Assembly: GCF_009914755.1 (NCBI RefSeq)
Contig: NC_060926.1
From: the human T2T-CHM13v2.0 reference genome, Homo sapiens
Length of the DNA stretch: 64,000 nucleotides
Strand: one strand, 5' to 3'
Shown here: one piece after another, positions 14,542 through 27,319 of the stretch
How the letters are laid out: every line of letters starts with the position of its first letter
Numbering within the stretch: position 1 is the first letter of the stretch
Program-made: the position numbers and the translations under genes
Notes under the pieces: generated by a model
Seen by the model: only the letters and a program-made list of their open reading frames with translations
What the model was told of the DNA's origin: nothing
The model's database searches: none

Positions 14542-15529
14542 ATTAGCTACCTAAAATAGAAAAATCACATGATCATCTTCGACAGAAAAAGCTATTGACA
14601 AAAACCAAATTTCATTTCTGATAAAAACTCTCCGCAACATAGGATAAGAAGAAAGTGTCCTCAATTGATAAAGGGTACTACCAAAAAACTTAGTTAATGT
14701 CATACTCAATGGTGAAAGATTGAGTGCTTTCCCTCTAAGATCAGGAACAAGATAAGGACATCTGTTCTCACCACTCTTATTCAACATAATACTGAAGTTT
14801 CTAGACACTGCAAGCAGATAAGATAAACAAAATTAAAGGCATACAGGTTGGAAAGAAAGAGGTAAAACTGTCTATTTGTAGATGATGTGATCGTCTATGT
14901 AAAAAACCCAATATATTTTTTAAAAGCTAATACAATGGATGAATTTAGCAAGCTTGAGTTTTACAACTACAAACAAGTTGTAGTATTCAACAGCAATATG
15001 CAAAAATCAATTGTTTCTATATAATAGCAAAAAGCCATTGGAAACTGAAACTTAAAAAACAATACCATCAAAAAATATGAAATACATAGGAATAAATCTG
15101 ACCAAACTTGGGAAAGACTAGTGCACTAAAAACTAAATAACATTGCTGAGAGATATTAACGAAGACCCAAATAAACAGAGAAATACACTCATATCTGCGT
15201 CAGACAGTTCAATATTGTTAAGATAACAATTCTCATAAATTCCCAGCAGGCATTTTTGTAGAAATTGACAAGGTGATTCTAAAATTCGTATTGGAAATAC
15301 AAAGGTCCTAGAATAGCCAAAACAACTGAAAAAGAAGAACAAATTTGGGAACTAACACTACCTGATTTCAAGACTCAATGAAAAGCTACAATAAGTAAGG
15401 TAGTATGGTAGTGGCATAAAGATAGACAAGTAGATGAATGTAACAGTATATAAAGTCCAGAAATAGACCTTTTAACAAAGCAAACTCAACATATATGGGA
15501 GGAAAGAACATACTATTCTTACAATTATC

Positions 15530-15948
15530 TACATAATCTAATCTTCTTCTCCCTCTCATTAACTCTCTAATGCCACATGAGCCCCCTTGCTGTTCCTCAA
15601 ACATTTGAGACATGATCTTGCCTCAGGACCTTTGTAGAAGCTGTTTCTTGGGCTTTGAATAACCAATAACCTTCTCAATAAGGCCTAATCTAAGCAACCC
15701 CAATCTTACCAACTCCAGCATTCCAATTTCCCTTTTCCCACTGTACTTTTTTCTCTTGACCTTAGCACTTACCACTTTCTAATATACTATATAATTAACC
15801 TATTTGTTAAGTTTAATTATTTTCCCTTCTCCTGTTGGAATATTTGCTCTATGGGAATAGGAATCTTTGTTTTGTGACTACTTTACCACTAGTACCTAGA
15901 CAAGTGCTTGGCACATAGTAGGCACTCAATAAAAATCTCTTGAATGAA
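15530..15948 (+). mobile_element. L2 3' end
   Basis: TGCTTGGCACATAGTAGGCACTCAATAAA..TTGAATGAA terminus. Confidence 0.85.
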
Positions 15949-18217
15949 CTGTTCTCTTCTTACTTTGCAACTATTTTTTAATCCCCTTTCTCAGTCTCAC
16001 AATATGTTCAATCAATATTTTTTCGGGGTCCGAAATGCCAGGCACAATTCTAAATACATTGGAACATAAAGCTGATCAAAACATGGCAATGGCACTCTGG
16101 ATACTACAATGTAGTGAAAGACATGAAATCTGCAACAAATTATCACAACTGATGCAAAAATATTGATTCATTCATTCACTTATATTATGAGCAAGATATT
16201 GGTTTATTAACCACCAATTAAAAATTGTATTTATTAACTGTTTAAGAATCATCATTTTAAAACATCTCCCCAACACTTTCAATTTTGGCTGACAGTTAAG
16301 GATCTTAGAAGTCGTAACTCAACCCTAACAAGTAAAAACTAGAACAAACTGAAAAATCAACAATTCTTCATAGATCCATCAGAAAAGTGAGGCCACAGGG
16401 CAAACCACTGCTCCAAAAATTGGAGAGACAGACAAGTGGATACAGAGAATCACAACTTACCAGAGCAGAAATCTAAAGCAGAAACCTCCAAGGGAACCAG
16501 TGCCAGGGTAGGAAAACCTGAACTGTAATTGCCTAATTGCTTGTGATTCAGCGTGAATTAATTGCAGGAGGCTCTGAGAGTTCAAAACTCCAGGGAGGGA
16601 TTCAGGGGGCAAGATGGCCAACTAGACAGTCAGGAGGAACATCTCCCATGGAGGGTCCAGGGCATCAGGAAGACTGGTGCACTCCTAGCAGATCTTCAGA
16701 GGGAAGGCATTGAGAGAGGACGAAGAGGAGACAGATGCTGGGCTGAAAGGGGAGGAAGCTGGGAACCGTGCTTGGGGCTACCATGCACTGGACTCATTCC
16801 TGGCCCCCAGTGACTCCAGGGAAAGGGGTGAGTTGAACAGGCAAAGGGCAACCCACTCTCACCATGGGCTCTGGAATCCTGGCAGGGGGAGACCCCTTGA
16901 TCACCACAGAAACTTGAATTGGCAGGGAGAGCTGCCCAGAGAAGTGGTAGGGGCAGAACTCCAGATAAAGTGGAACCCAGAGGGTTTGGAGCACAAGTGT
17001 CTACAGTGGAGCATTGCCAGGGTTGCCCATCCCCCTAGGCTTGACTTGCTCCCATAGGAGACTTTAGCCCTAGGGGAACTGTTGGACCTGAACCCTGCTG
17101 GGTGATCTGGCCCATGAGACAGGGCCAGTCCAACCTGAGCACCCCTCATCTGCTGGCCTCTCCTGAAGCCCCAATCTGGCTGTACCTGCTTGCCATGCAG
17201 CCCCCAGGTACCTCCTGGGGTTCACATCATAGCTCCTGAGGATGGTGTAGTGCCCCTGACCAGCAGAGCGGGTCCCAGTGAACACGCAACAGTTGGTGAC
17301 CTCCTGTGTGCTGCTTGCCTGCACACACTGGCCCACGGCCACACCCCTGCATCGCTTTGCCAGCATGTGTGTGCAGAGGCAGGCCTGGCCTTTCCTCCCC
17401 AACCAGCATGCATGTGCACGTGCACCCTGCCATGCCACTGCTGCCACTGTGAGTGCACACCATCCCAGTCCCCACCAGCACCCCCGCCACACCACCGCTG
17501 TCATCAGAGAGTTGGCAGGCATACAGCCCGCCAGCCCCACCTCCACCAGCACCCCACCCCTGCTTTAAAACTGCCATGGTGCAAAACTAGGCACAGAGAA
17601 AAACTGATCCACCCCCACCCTAAGCGGCCACCACTGCCCACAGGAGAACACACAGAGGAGTCACACAGTCCTGTGCCAGTTAGCACCCCACCCCCATGCT
17701 AACACTATCACATGCACGAACAAACACACACATTTTGCTGGTGGCCCCACCCTTGCCCCAGCAATACCCACAAGCCACCATGCTGTCAACGCCAGTGGCT
17801 GCTGCAAATGCCTGCATGGAGGCTGACAACCTAGCACACACTAGCACCCTGCTGCAGCCAAGGAGTATACACCCCACCACAATGCAGCTGCAGCTGCTAC
17901 TGGCACATGTGAACTAGGAAGGATCCTGATGCCACTGCCCTATGAAGTACATTGGCTGGCAACACCCACCAAAGTGTTGTGACCAGCAGTCTGGAAGCAC
18001 CCTTGGCCCTTCTAGAACAGCAAGTTCCAAACCTCGAGGAGTCAGCGAACAAAGTGAGAGCTCCATATCAGTCCCCCAGAGTTAGAGCATGTGGGCCAGG
18101 AGTCCTATCCTGAGCCTTGACTCCATAAAATCTTCTAAAAATGAAGTCAGATAACTGAATCCACCTTATACCACAATCAAACCCCCAAGGTCATCAAATA
18201 GGATAAAAGAAAAAAAA

Positions 18218-18490
18218 AGACTTAGAAGAAACTATTTTAAAATTCATATAGAACCAAAAAAGAGCTCATATAGCCAAGACAATCCTAAGCAAAAGGAACA
18301 AAGGTGGAGGGATCACACTACTGGACTTCAAACTATACTACAAGGCTACAGTAACCAAAACATGATAGTACTGGTACAAAAACAGACACATAGACCAATG
18401 GAACGGAATAGAGAACTCAGAAATATAACTGTACATCTACAACCATCTGATCTTCAACAAACCTGACAAAAACAAGCAATGGGGAAAGGA
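18218..18490 (+). mobile_element. Ectopic L1 ORF2 fragment inside ORF1 of the L1PA15/16 element
   Basis: Post-RT ORF2 sequence (TTTTAAAATTCATATAGAACCAAAAAAGAGC...AAGCAATGGGGAAAGGA), located 5' of the ORF1 RRM-coding region. Confidence 0.85.
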
Positions 18491-18765
18491 AATATGGAAT
18501 TATGTAAAGAGACTGAATCAGTGACTCACTGGTCTCCCTGAAAGAGATGGGGAGAATTTCAGGATATCATGCATCAGAACTTCCCTAACCTAGCTAGAGA
18601 GGTCAATATTCAAATTCAGGAAATGCAGAGAACCCACACAAAATATTTCACAAGAAGATCATCCCCAAGGCATAATCATCAGATTCTCCAAGGTTGAAAT
18701 AAAAGAAAAAATGTTAAAGGCAACTAGAGAGAAAAGCATGGTCATCTACAAAGGGAAGCCCATCA

Positions 18766-19249
<484 letters not shown>

Positions 19250-21021
19250 TCATTACCACCAGACCTGCCTTACAAGAGCTCCTGAAAGAAGCACTGTGGA
19301 AAGGAAAGATCATTACCAGCCACTACAATAACACACTGAAGTATACAGATCGGTGAGACTATAAAGCAACCATACAAACAAGCCAGCATAATAACCAGCT
19401 AACAACACAATGACAGGATCAACTCCACACATATCAATACCAACCTTGAATATAAATGGGCTAAATGCCCCATTTAAAAGGCAAAAAGTGGCAAGCTGGA
19501 TAAAGAAGAAAGACTTAATGGCATGTTGTCTTTAAGGGACCTATCTCACAAGCAATGACACTCACAGGCTCAAAACAGAGAGATGGAGAACAATCTACCA
19601 AGCAAATGGAAAATAGAAAAAAGCAAGGGTTGCAATTCTAAATTCAGACAAAGTAGAGTTTAAACGAAAAAGATCAAAAAAAGGGAAAGAAGGGCATTAT
19701 ATAATGGCAAAGGGTTCAATTCAACAAAAAGACCTAACTATCTTAAATATATATGTACCTAACACAGGAGCACCCAGACTCATAAAGCAAGTTCTTAGAG
19801 ACCTTCAAAGAGGACTTTGACTCCCACACAATAATAGTCGGAGGCCTCAAAACTCCACTGACATTATTAGACAGATTATTAAGGCAGAAAATTAACAAAG
19901 ATATTCAGGACCTGAACTTAATACTGTACCAATGGACCTGATAGACATCTACAGAAACTCTCCACCCAAAAACAACAAAATATAAGTTCTTCCTATTGTG
20001 ACATGGCACATAACCTAAAATTGACCACACAATCAAACATAAAACACTACTCAGCAAATACAAAAGAATCAAAATCATACCAACCACTCTTTCAGACCAC
20101 AGTGCAATAAAATTGGAAATCAGGATTGAGAAAATTGCTCAAAACCATACAATTACATGGAAATTAAACAACCTGCTCCTGAATGACTATTGGGTAACTA
20201 ATGAAATTAAGGCAGAAATCAAGACATGTTTTGAAACTAATGAGAACAAAGATACAACATAACAGAATCTTTGGAACACAGCTAAAGCAGTGTTAAGAGG
20301 GAAATTTGTAGCACTAAATGCCCACATCACAAAGTTAGAAAGATCTCAGGTTAACAACCTAACATCACAACTAAGAGAACAAGAGAAGCAAGAGCCAACC
20401 AACATCAAACCTAGCAGAAGAAAATAAATAATCAAAATCAGAGCTGAACTGAAGGAGATTGAGATGTGAAAGATCATTCAAAAGATCAATGAATCCACGA
20501 GTTGGTTTTTAGAAAAAAACTAATAAGATAGATAAACTGCTAACTAAACGAATAAGAAGAAATGATAGAGGATCCAAACAAATGCAATTAGAAACAACAA
20601 AGGGAACAATACCACTCCACAAAAATACAAATAGCCAGCAAAGAACAGCATAAAAACCTCTACGCACACGAACTAGAAAATCTAGAAGTGATGGATAAAT
20701 TACTGGATACATACAGCCTCCCAAGACTGAACTTGGAAGAAGCTGATTGCCTGAACAGCCCAAAAACAAGCTCCAAAATTGAATCAGTAATAAATAGCTT
20801 ACTAACCAAAAAAAGCCAAGGACCTGACAGATTCACAGCCAAATTCTACCGTATGTACAAAGAAGAGCTGGTACCATTCCTACTGAAACTATTCCAAAAA
20901 ATTAATGAGGAGGAACCTCTCCCTAATTCATTCTTTGAGGCCAGCATCATCCGGGTACCAGAACCTGGCAGAGACACAAAAACAACAAAAACTTCAGCCC
21001 AATATCCTTGATGAACATTGA

Positions 21022-21144
<123 letters not shown>

Positions 21145-22148
21145 TAAATATGATTCATCACATAAACAGAACTAAAGACAAAAACCACATTATTATCTCA
21201 CTAGATGCACAGAAGGGTTTTGATAAAATTTAACATTGCTTCATGTTAAAAACTCTCAAAAAACTAGGTATTGAAGAAACATACCTCAACATAGTAAGAG
21301 CCATTTATGACAAACACCCACAGCCAACATCATACAAAATGGGCAAAAGCTGGTAGCATTCCCCTTGAAAATCGGCACAAGACAAGGATGATCTGTCTCA
21401 CCACTCCTATTCAACATAGTATTGGAAGTCCTGGCCAGATAAATAAGGCAAGAGAAAGAAATAAAGGCATCCAAATAGAAAGAGAAGAAGCCATATTATC
21501 CTTGTTTGAAGATTACAGGATTCTATATCTAGAAAACTCCATAGTCTCTGCCCAAAAGCTCCTTGAGCTGATAAGCAACTTCAGCAAAGCTTTGGGACAC
21601 AAAGTCAATGTACAAAAATCACTAGCATTCTTATACACCAACAATAGTCAAGCCTAGAGTCAATCCCAGGAACACAATCCCATTCACAATTGCCACACAC
21701 ACAAAAATAAAATACCTAGGAATACAGCTAACCAGTGAGAGATTGCTACAATAAGAATTACAAAACCCTGCTCAAAGAAATCAGAGATGACACAAACAAA
21801 CGGAAGACATTCCATGCACATGGATAGGAAGAATAAATATTGTTAAAATGGTCATACTACCCAAAGTGATTTACACATTCAATGCTATTCCAATTACCAA
21901 TGACATTCTTCACAGAACTAGAAAAAAATTTTTTAAATTCATATGGAACCAAAACAGAGCCCGAATAGGCAAAGCAATCCTAAGCAAAAAGAACAAAGCA
22001 GGAGGCATCACACTACCTGACTTCAAACTATACTACATGGGTAAAGCAAACAAAATAGATGGTACTGGTACAAAAACAGACACATAGACCAATGGAAGAG
22101 AATAAAGAGCCTGGAAATAAGGGCACACACCTACAATCGTCTGATATT

Positions 22149-23214
22149 TGTTGCGGGAAGTCAGGAACCCCGAACAGAGGGACCAGCTGGAACCACAGCA
22201 GAAGAATATAAATTGTGAAGATTTCATGGACATTTATCAGTTCCCAAAATTAATACTTTTATAATTTCTTATGCCTGTCTTTATTGCAATCTCTGAACAT
22301 AAATTGTGAAGATTTCATGGACATTTATCACTTCTCCAATCAATACTCTTATAATTTCTTATGCATGTCTTTAATTTCTTAACCACATTATCTTTGTAAG
22401 CTGAGAATGTACATCACCTCAGGACCTGTGATGATTATGTTAACTGTACAAATTGATTGTAAAATACGTGTGTTTGAACAATATGAAATCAGTGCACCCT
22501 GAAAAAGAACAGAATAACAGCGATTTTCAGAGAACAAGGAAAGATAACATAAGGTGTGACTGCCTGTGGGGTCAGGCAGAATACAGCCATATTTTTCTTC
22601 TCGCAGAAAACCTATAGATGGATGTGCAAGTAGGAGAAATGTCGCTGAATTCTTTTCCCAGCAAGGAATAGCCCTGGGGAAGGAATGCATTCCTGGGTGT
22701 AGGTCTATAGACAGCCGCTCTGGGAGTGTCTGTCTTATGCGGTTGAGATAAGGACTGAAATATGCCCTGGTCTCCTGCAGTGCCCTCAGGCTTACCAGGA
22801 TTGGGAAATTCCAGCCTGGTAAATTCTAGTCAGACCGGTTGTCTGCTCTCAAACCCTGTTTCCTGTTAAGATGTTTATCAAGACAATGCATGCACAGTGG
22901 GACACAGACCTTCATCAGTAATTCTAATTTTGCCTTTGCCTTGTGATCTTTTATTACCCTTTGAAGCATGTGATCTTTGTTACTTACTCCCTGTTCATAC
23001 ACCCCCTCCCCTTTTAGAATCCCTAATAAAAACTTGCTGGTTTTGCAGCTCAGGTGGGCATCACAGAACCAGCCAATATGTGATGTCACCCCTGGCAGCC
23101 CAGCTGTAAAATTCTACTCTTTGTACTCTTTCTCTTTATTTCTCAGACTGGCTGACACTTAGGGAAAATAGAAAAGAACCTATGTTGAAATATTGGGGGC
23201 TGGTTCCCCCAATA
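22149..23214 (+). mobile_element. MER11 (HERV-K11/HML-8) solo LTR
   Basis: TGTTGCGGGAAGTCAGG start, GGGGGCTGGTTCCCCCAATA end; exact 6-bp TSD GATATT; internal ~90-bp duplication (ATAAATTGTGAAGATTTCATGGACATTTATCA x2). Confidence 0.93.
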
Positions 23215-23690
23215 GATATTTAATAAAGTTGACAAAAATAAGCAACAGGGAAAGGACTCCCTATTCAATAAATGGTGCTGGAATAACTGGCTAGTCAAAT
23301 GCAGAAGATTGAAACTGGACCCCTTCCTTACACCATATACAAAAATCAACACAAGATGGGTTGAAGATTTAAATGTAAAACCCAAAACTATAAAAACCCT
23401 AGAAGATAACCTAGGATATACCATTCTGGACATAGGAACTGGCAAAGATTTCATGACAAAGACACCAAAAGCAATCGCAACAAAAGCAAAAATTGACAAA
23501 TGGGATCTAATTAAACTTAAGACCTTCTGCACAGCAAAAGAAACTATCAAGAGAGTAAACAGACAACCTACAGAATAGGAGAAAATATCTGCAAACTATG
23601 CATATGACAAAGGGCTAATATTCAGCACATATAAGAAACTGAAACAAATTTACAAGGAAAAAGACAACCCCATTAAAAGGTGGGCAAAGA

Positions 23691-23991
23691 GGCTGGGAGT
23701 GGTAGCTCAGGCCTGTAATCCTAGCACTTTGGAAGACCAAGGCAGGCAGATCACTTGAGCTCAGGGCATTCGAGACCAGCCTGGGCAACATGGCAAAACC
23801 CCATCTCTTTTAAAAACACAAAAATTAACCAGGCATGGTGGTACGTGACTGTAGTCCCAGCTACTCAAGAGGCTGAGGCAGGAGGATCACCTGAGCTCAG
23901 GAAGCAGATATTGCAGTGAGCTGAGATCACACTACGGCACTCCAGCCTGGGCAACAGAGCCAGACCCTGTCTTTAAAAAAATAAAAATAAA
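23691..23991 (+). mobile_element. AluJ-like SINE
   Basis: Dimeric Alu; TSD approximately AAAANNTGGGCAAAG on both sides. Confidence 0.95.
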
Positions 23992-24873
23992 AAAATTGGG
24001 CAAAGGATGTGAACAGAAACTTTTCAAAAGAAGACATATATGCAGCCCATAAGCATATGAAAAAAAAGCTCAATATCACTGATCACTAGAAAAATGCAAA
24101 TCAAAACCACAGCAAGATACCTCCTCACACCAGTCAGAATGGCTATTAATAAAAAGTCAAAGAATAGCAGATGTTGGCAAGGTTGCAGAGAAAAGGGGAA
24201 CACTTATACACTGTTGATAGGCATGTAAATTGGTTCAACCATTGTGGAAAGCAATGTGGCAATTCCTCAAACAGCTGAAAACAGAACTACCATTCAACCA
24301 AGCAATCCCATTACAGGATATGTTCCCAAAGGAATATAAATCACTTTATCCTAAAGGCACATGCATGCATATGTTCACTGCAGCACTATTATTCACTTTG
24401 TTATTATTCACAATAACAAAGACATACAATCAACCTAAATTCCCATCAATGGTACACTGGATAAAGAAAATATGGTACATATACACCATGGAATTCTATG
24501 CAGCCATAAAAAAGAATATCATGTTCTTTGCAGGAACATGAATGGAGCTGGAGGCATTATCCTTAGGAGATTAATGCAGGAACAGAAAACCAAATACTGC
24601 ATGTTCTCACTTGGAAGTGGGAGTTAAATGATGAGAACACATGGACACAAAGAGCAGAACAACAAATACTGGGGCCTACCAGAGGGTGGAGAGTGGTACG
24701 AGGGAGAGGAGCAGAAAACTATTGAGTACTAGGCTTACTACCTGGGTGATAAAATAATCTGTACATCAAACCCCCATGACATGAGTTTACCTATACAACA
24801 AACTTTCACATGCACCCCTGAACCTAAAATAAAAGTTGTTTTAAAACTCCAGAAGGACCCAGTCATAGGGGGC

Positions 24874-25413
24874 TATGGTATAACCAAAAAAAAAATTGGT
24901 CTTTGTCACCAGTTTCTGGCACAGAGGTCCCAAAACCCTTGAAATTTCCTGAGTAATAAGGGTTATAGGAGCATCTTTTGTTTTAATGAGACAACTCTTG
25001 GTAGCCCATACATAGCTTCAGGATGGGGGCTGATCACCAGAAAGATTAAGCCTTGCCCAGCCTCCAGGAAGGAGAGAGGAACTGGAGATTGAGTTAATCA
25101 GCAATGGCCAAGTAATGTAGTTTTCTGAGTTCTGTGAGCCATTCTAGCAAATCATTAACATTGAGGAGGGAAGTGTGGAAATGCCCAATTTATAGCCAGT
25201 AAGTCAGAAATACGGGTGACTCAATGCTTGTGACTGACACCTGAAGCAAAGGAAATATTGTGGCACCAACTCCTTAAACCAGGAGAGCCTGATGCTAAAT
25301 CTGGGAAGTCAGTGTCAGAACTGAATTGAATCGTCAGACATCTAGTTGGTGTTGGAGAACCAGAGAACTGAAGAAGTATTGTTGGATAAGACAATATATA
25401 TTTGGTGTCTTCA
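24874..25413 (+). mobile_element. MER21C-like LTR, internally deleted
   Basis: TTGGTCTTTGTC..CTGGCACAGAG..AAAACCCTTGAAATTTCCTGAGT..TAGCTTCAGGATGGGGGCTG..TCTGTGAGCCATTCTAGCAAAT. Confidence 0.75.
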
Positions 25414-25490
25414 CAAAATAAACCCATACACACACACACAATTGTGAGTTTAATGTAGAAGAGTTCCACAAGGTCTTCACAGTGAATATC

Positions 25491-25771
25491 AGTATAAATG
25501 CTTTTTTTTAAGAGGTGAAATCATTTGCTGGGTTGTTTATTTTTTGGTACAACCAGGAAATAGTGTGGGATATTGAATTATGAGTGTTTTTGACTGTCTT
25601 GGGTATCAGCTTAACATTCCATAGATGGGGGTTAGTTTTTATATCCTACAATACAAAGCATATTAAATGGCAACATAGAGTCACAGTCCTGCATTTAATG
25701 TCTTGAACATTTTAAATTGCTTCTGCTCCCATGTTGTGTTTTAGCAGCACTGTTTCCTAAAGAAAACCACT
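25491..25771 (+). pseudogene. HMGN1: Internal fragment of the HMGN1 mRNA 3' UTR (no CDS, no poly(A))
   Basis: TAAATGCTTTTTTTTAAGAGGTGAAATCATTTGCTGG..TTTTTTGGTACAACCAG..TCAGCTTAACATTCCA..TACAAAGCATATTAAATGGCAA..TGTTTCCTAAAGAAAACCACT is colinear with the recalled HMGN1 3' UTR. Confidence 0.8.
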
Positions 25772-25899
25772 TAGGCTAGGCTAAACTGTAATGTTTGGTA
25801 GGTGAAGTGTATTAAATGTATTTTTTACTCACAATATTTATGACCTATGATGGGTTTATCAGGACATAACCCTGTCATAAGTCAAGGAACATATAAGTA
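25772..25899 (-). mobile_element. MER47A/Tigger5 (TcMar) terminal fragment
   Basis: TAGGCTAGGCTAA..GTGTATTAAATG..TATGATGGGTTTATCAGGACATAACCC..TAAGTCAAGGAACAT; truncated at the HMGN1 junction. Confidence 0.7.
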
Positions 25900-27213
25900 T
25901 GTACGTATAAGTGAATGAATGACAGCAATGATACAAGGGATAGGAGGAAAGAATCAGAAATATTTTATTGCTATAAGGTACTTGCACTATGCATGAAGCA
26001 GTATCATGTTATTTAAAAGCAGATTTGGACTAATTGTAAATGTATATTGCAAACTCTAGGGCAACCACTTTTAAAAGTTTAAAAAGAACTATAATTGACA
26101 TGCTAAAAAAAGGAGAAAAAATGAACCTTATAAAATGCTCAATTAAAACCACAAAGGCAAAAAAAAAGTGTGGAAGACAATACAGGAACAGAGAACACAT
26201 GTGACAAGTAGAAAACAGTCACAAATATGGTAGATATTAATCCAACTATATCAATAATCACCTTAAACATCAATGGTCTGTTTACACCAATTTTTAAAAA
26301 GAGATTGTTAAAGTGGATCAAAAAACAAGACCCAGCTATATGTTGCCTACATGAAACTCTCTTTAAATATAAAGATACATACAGATTAAAAGTAAAGTAA
26401 TAGAGAAAGAAATACCATGCTAACACTAATCAAAATAAAGTGGCAACAGCTATATTAATTTCAGACAGAGCAGACTTCAGAGCAAGGAAAGTTATCAGGG
26501 ATTAAAAGGGACATTACATAATGAGAAGGGGGTCAATTCTCCAAGAAGGCTTAACAATCCTTAATTTGTTCACAAATTAGAACATCAACATATGTGGAGG
26601 AAAAAACTGATAGAACTGCTAGGAAAAATAGGTGAATCCACATTAAAGTTGAAGACTTTAACACCCCTCTATCAGAATGGGCAGATGCAGCAGGCAGAAA
26701 ATCATTAAGTGTGTAGTTGAACTCAACAGCCCTATCAATCAACTGGATATAATTAACTTCTATAGACTAGTCCATCCAACAACAGTGGATTACACATTCT
26801 TGTCAAGCTCACATGGGACATTCACCAAGATAGATCCCATTCTGAGCCACAAAAAATATTTTAACAAATTTAAAAGAATAGAAATCATACAATGTCTTCT
26901 CTTAGACCACGATGGAATAATCTAGAAATCAATAACAAAAAGATAGCTGGAGAATCCCAAGTTACTTGAAGACTAAACAACACAATTCCAACTAATACAT
27001 GGGTGACAGAAGATATCTCAAGAGAATTTTTAAAATATTTTAAATAAAGATACAACATATCAAAATTAGTGAGGTGCAGTGAAAACAGTGCTTAGAGGGA
27101 AATGTATAGCATTGAATGCATACATTAGAAAAGAAGAAAGACCTAAAATCCACAATCTAAGCTTCCAAGTTAGGAAACAAGAAAAAGAAGAGAAAATTAA
27201 ATCCAAAGTAGAG

Positions 27214-27319
27214 GGAGGAAGGAAGGAAGGAAGGAAGGAAGGAAGGAAGGAAGGAAGGAAGGAAGGAAGGAAGGAATGGAGGGAGGGAGGGAGGGAGGGA
27301 GGGAGGGAGGCAGGGAGGA
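27214..27319 (+). repeat. (GGAA)n/(GGGA)n purine microsatellite
   Basis: Read directly from the sequence. Confidence 0.97.

Noticed and set aside
16562-17917. Cluster of 60-170 aa ORFs
   Set aside because: GC-rich 5' UTR of the L1PA15/16-like element.
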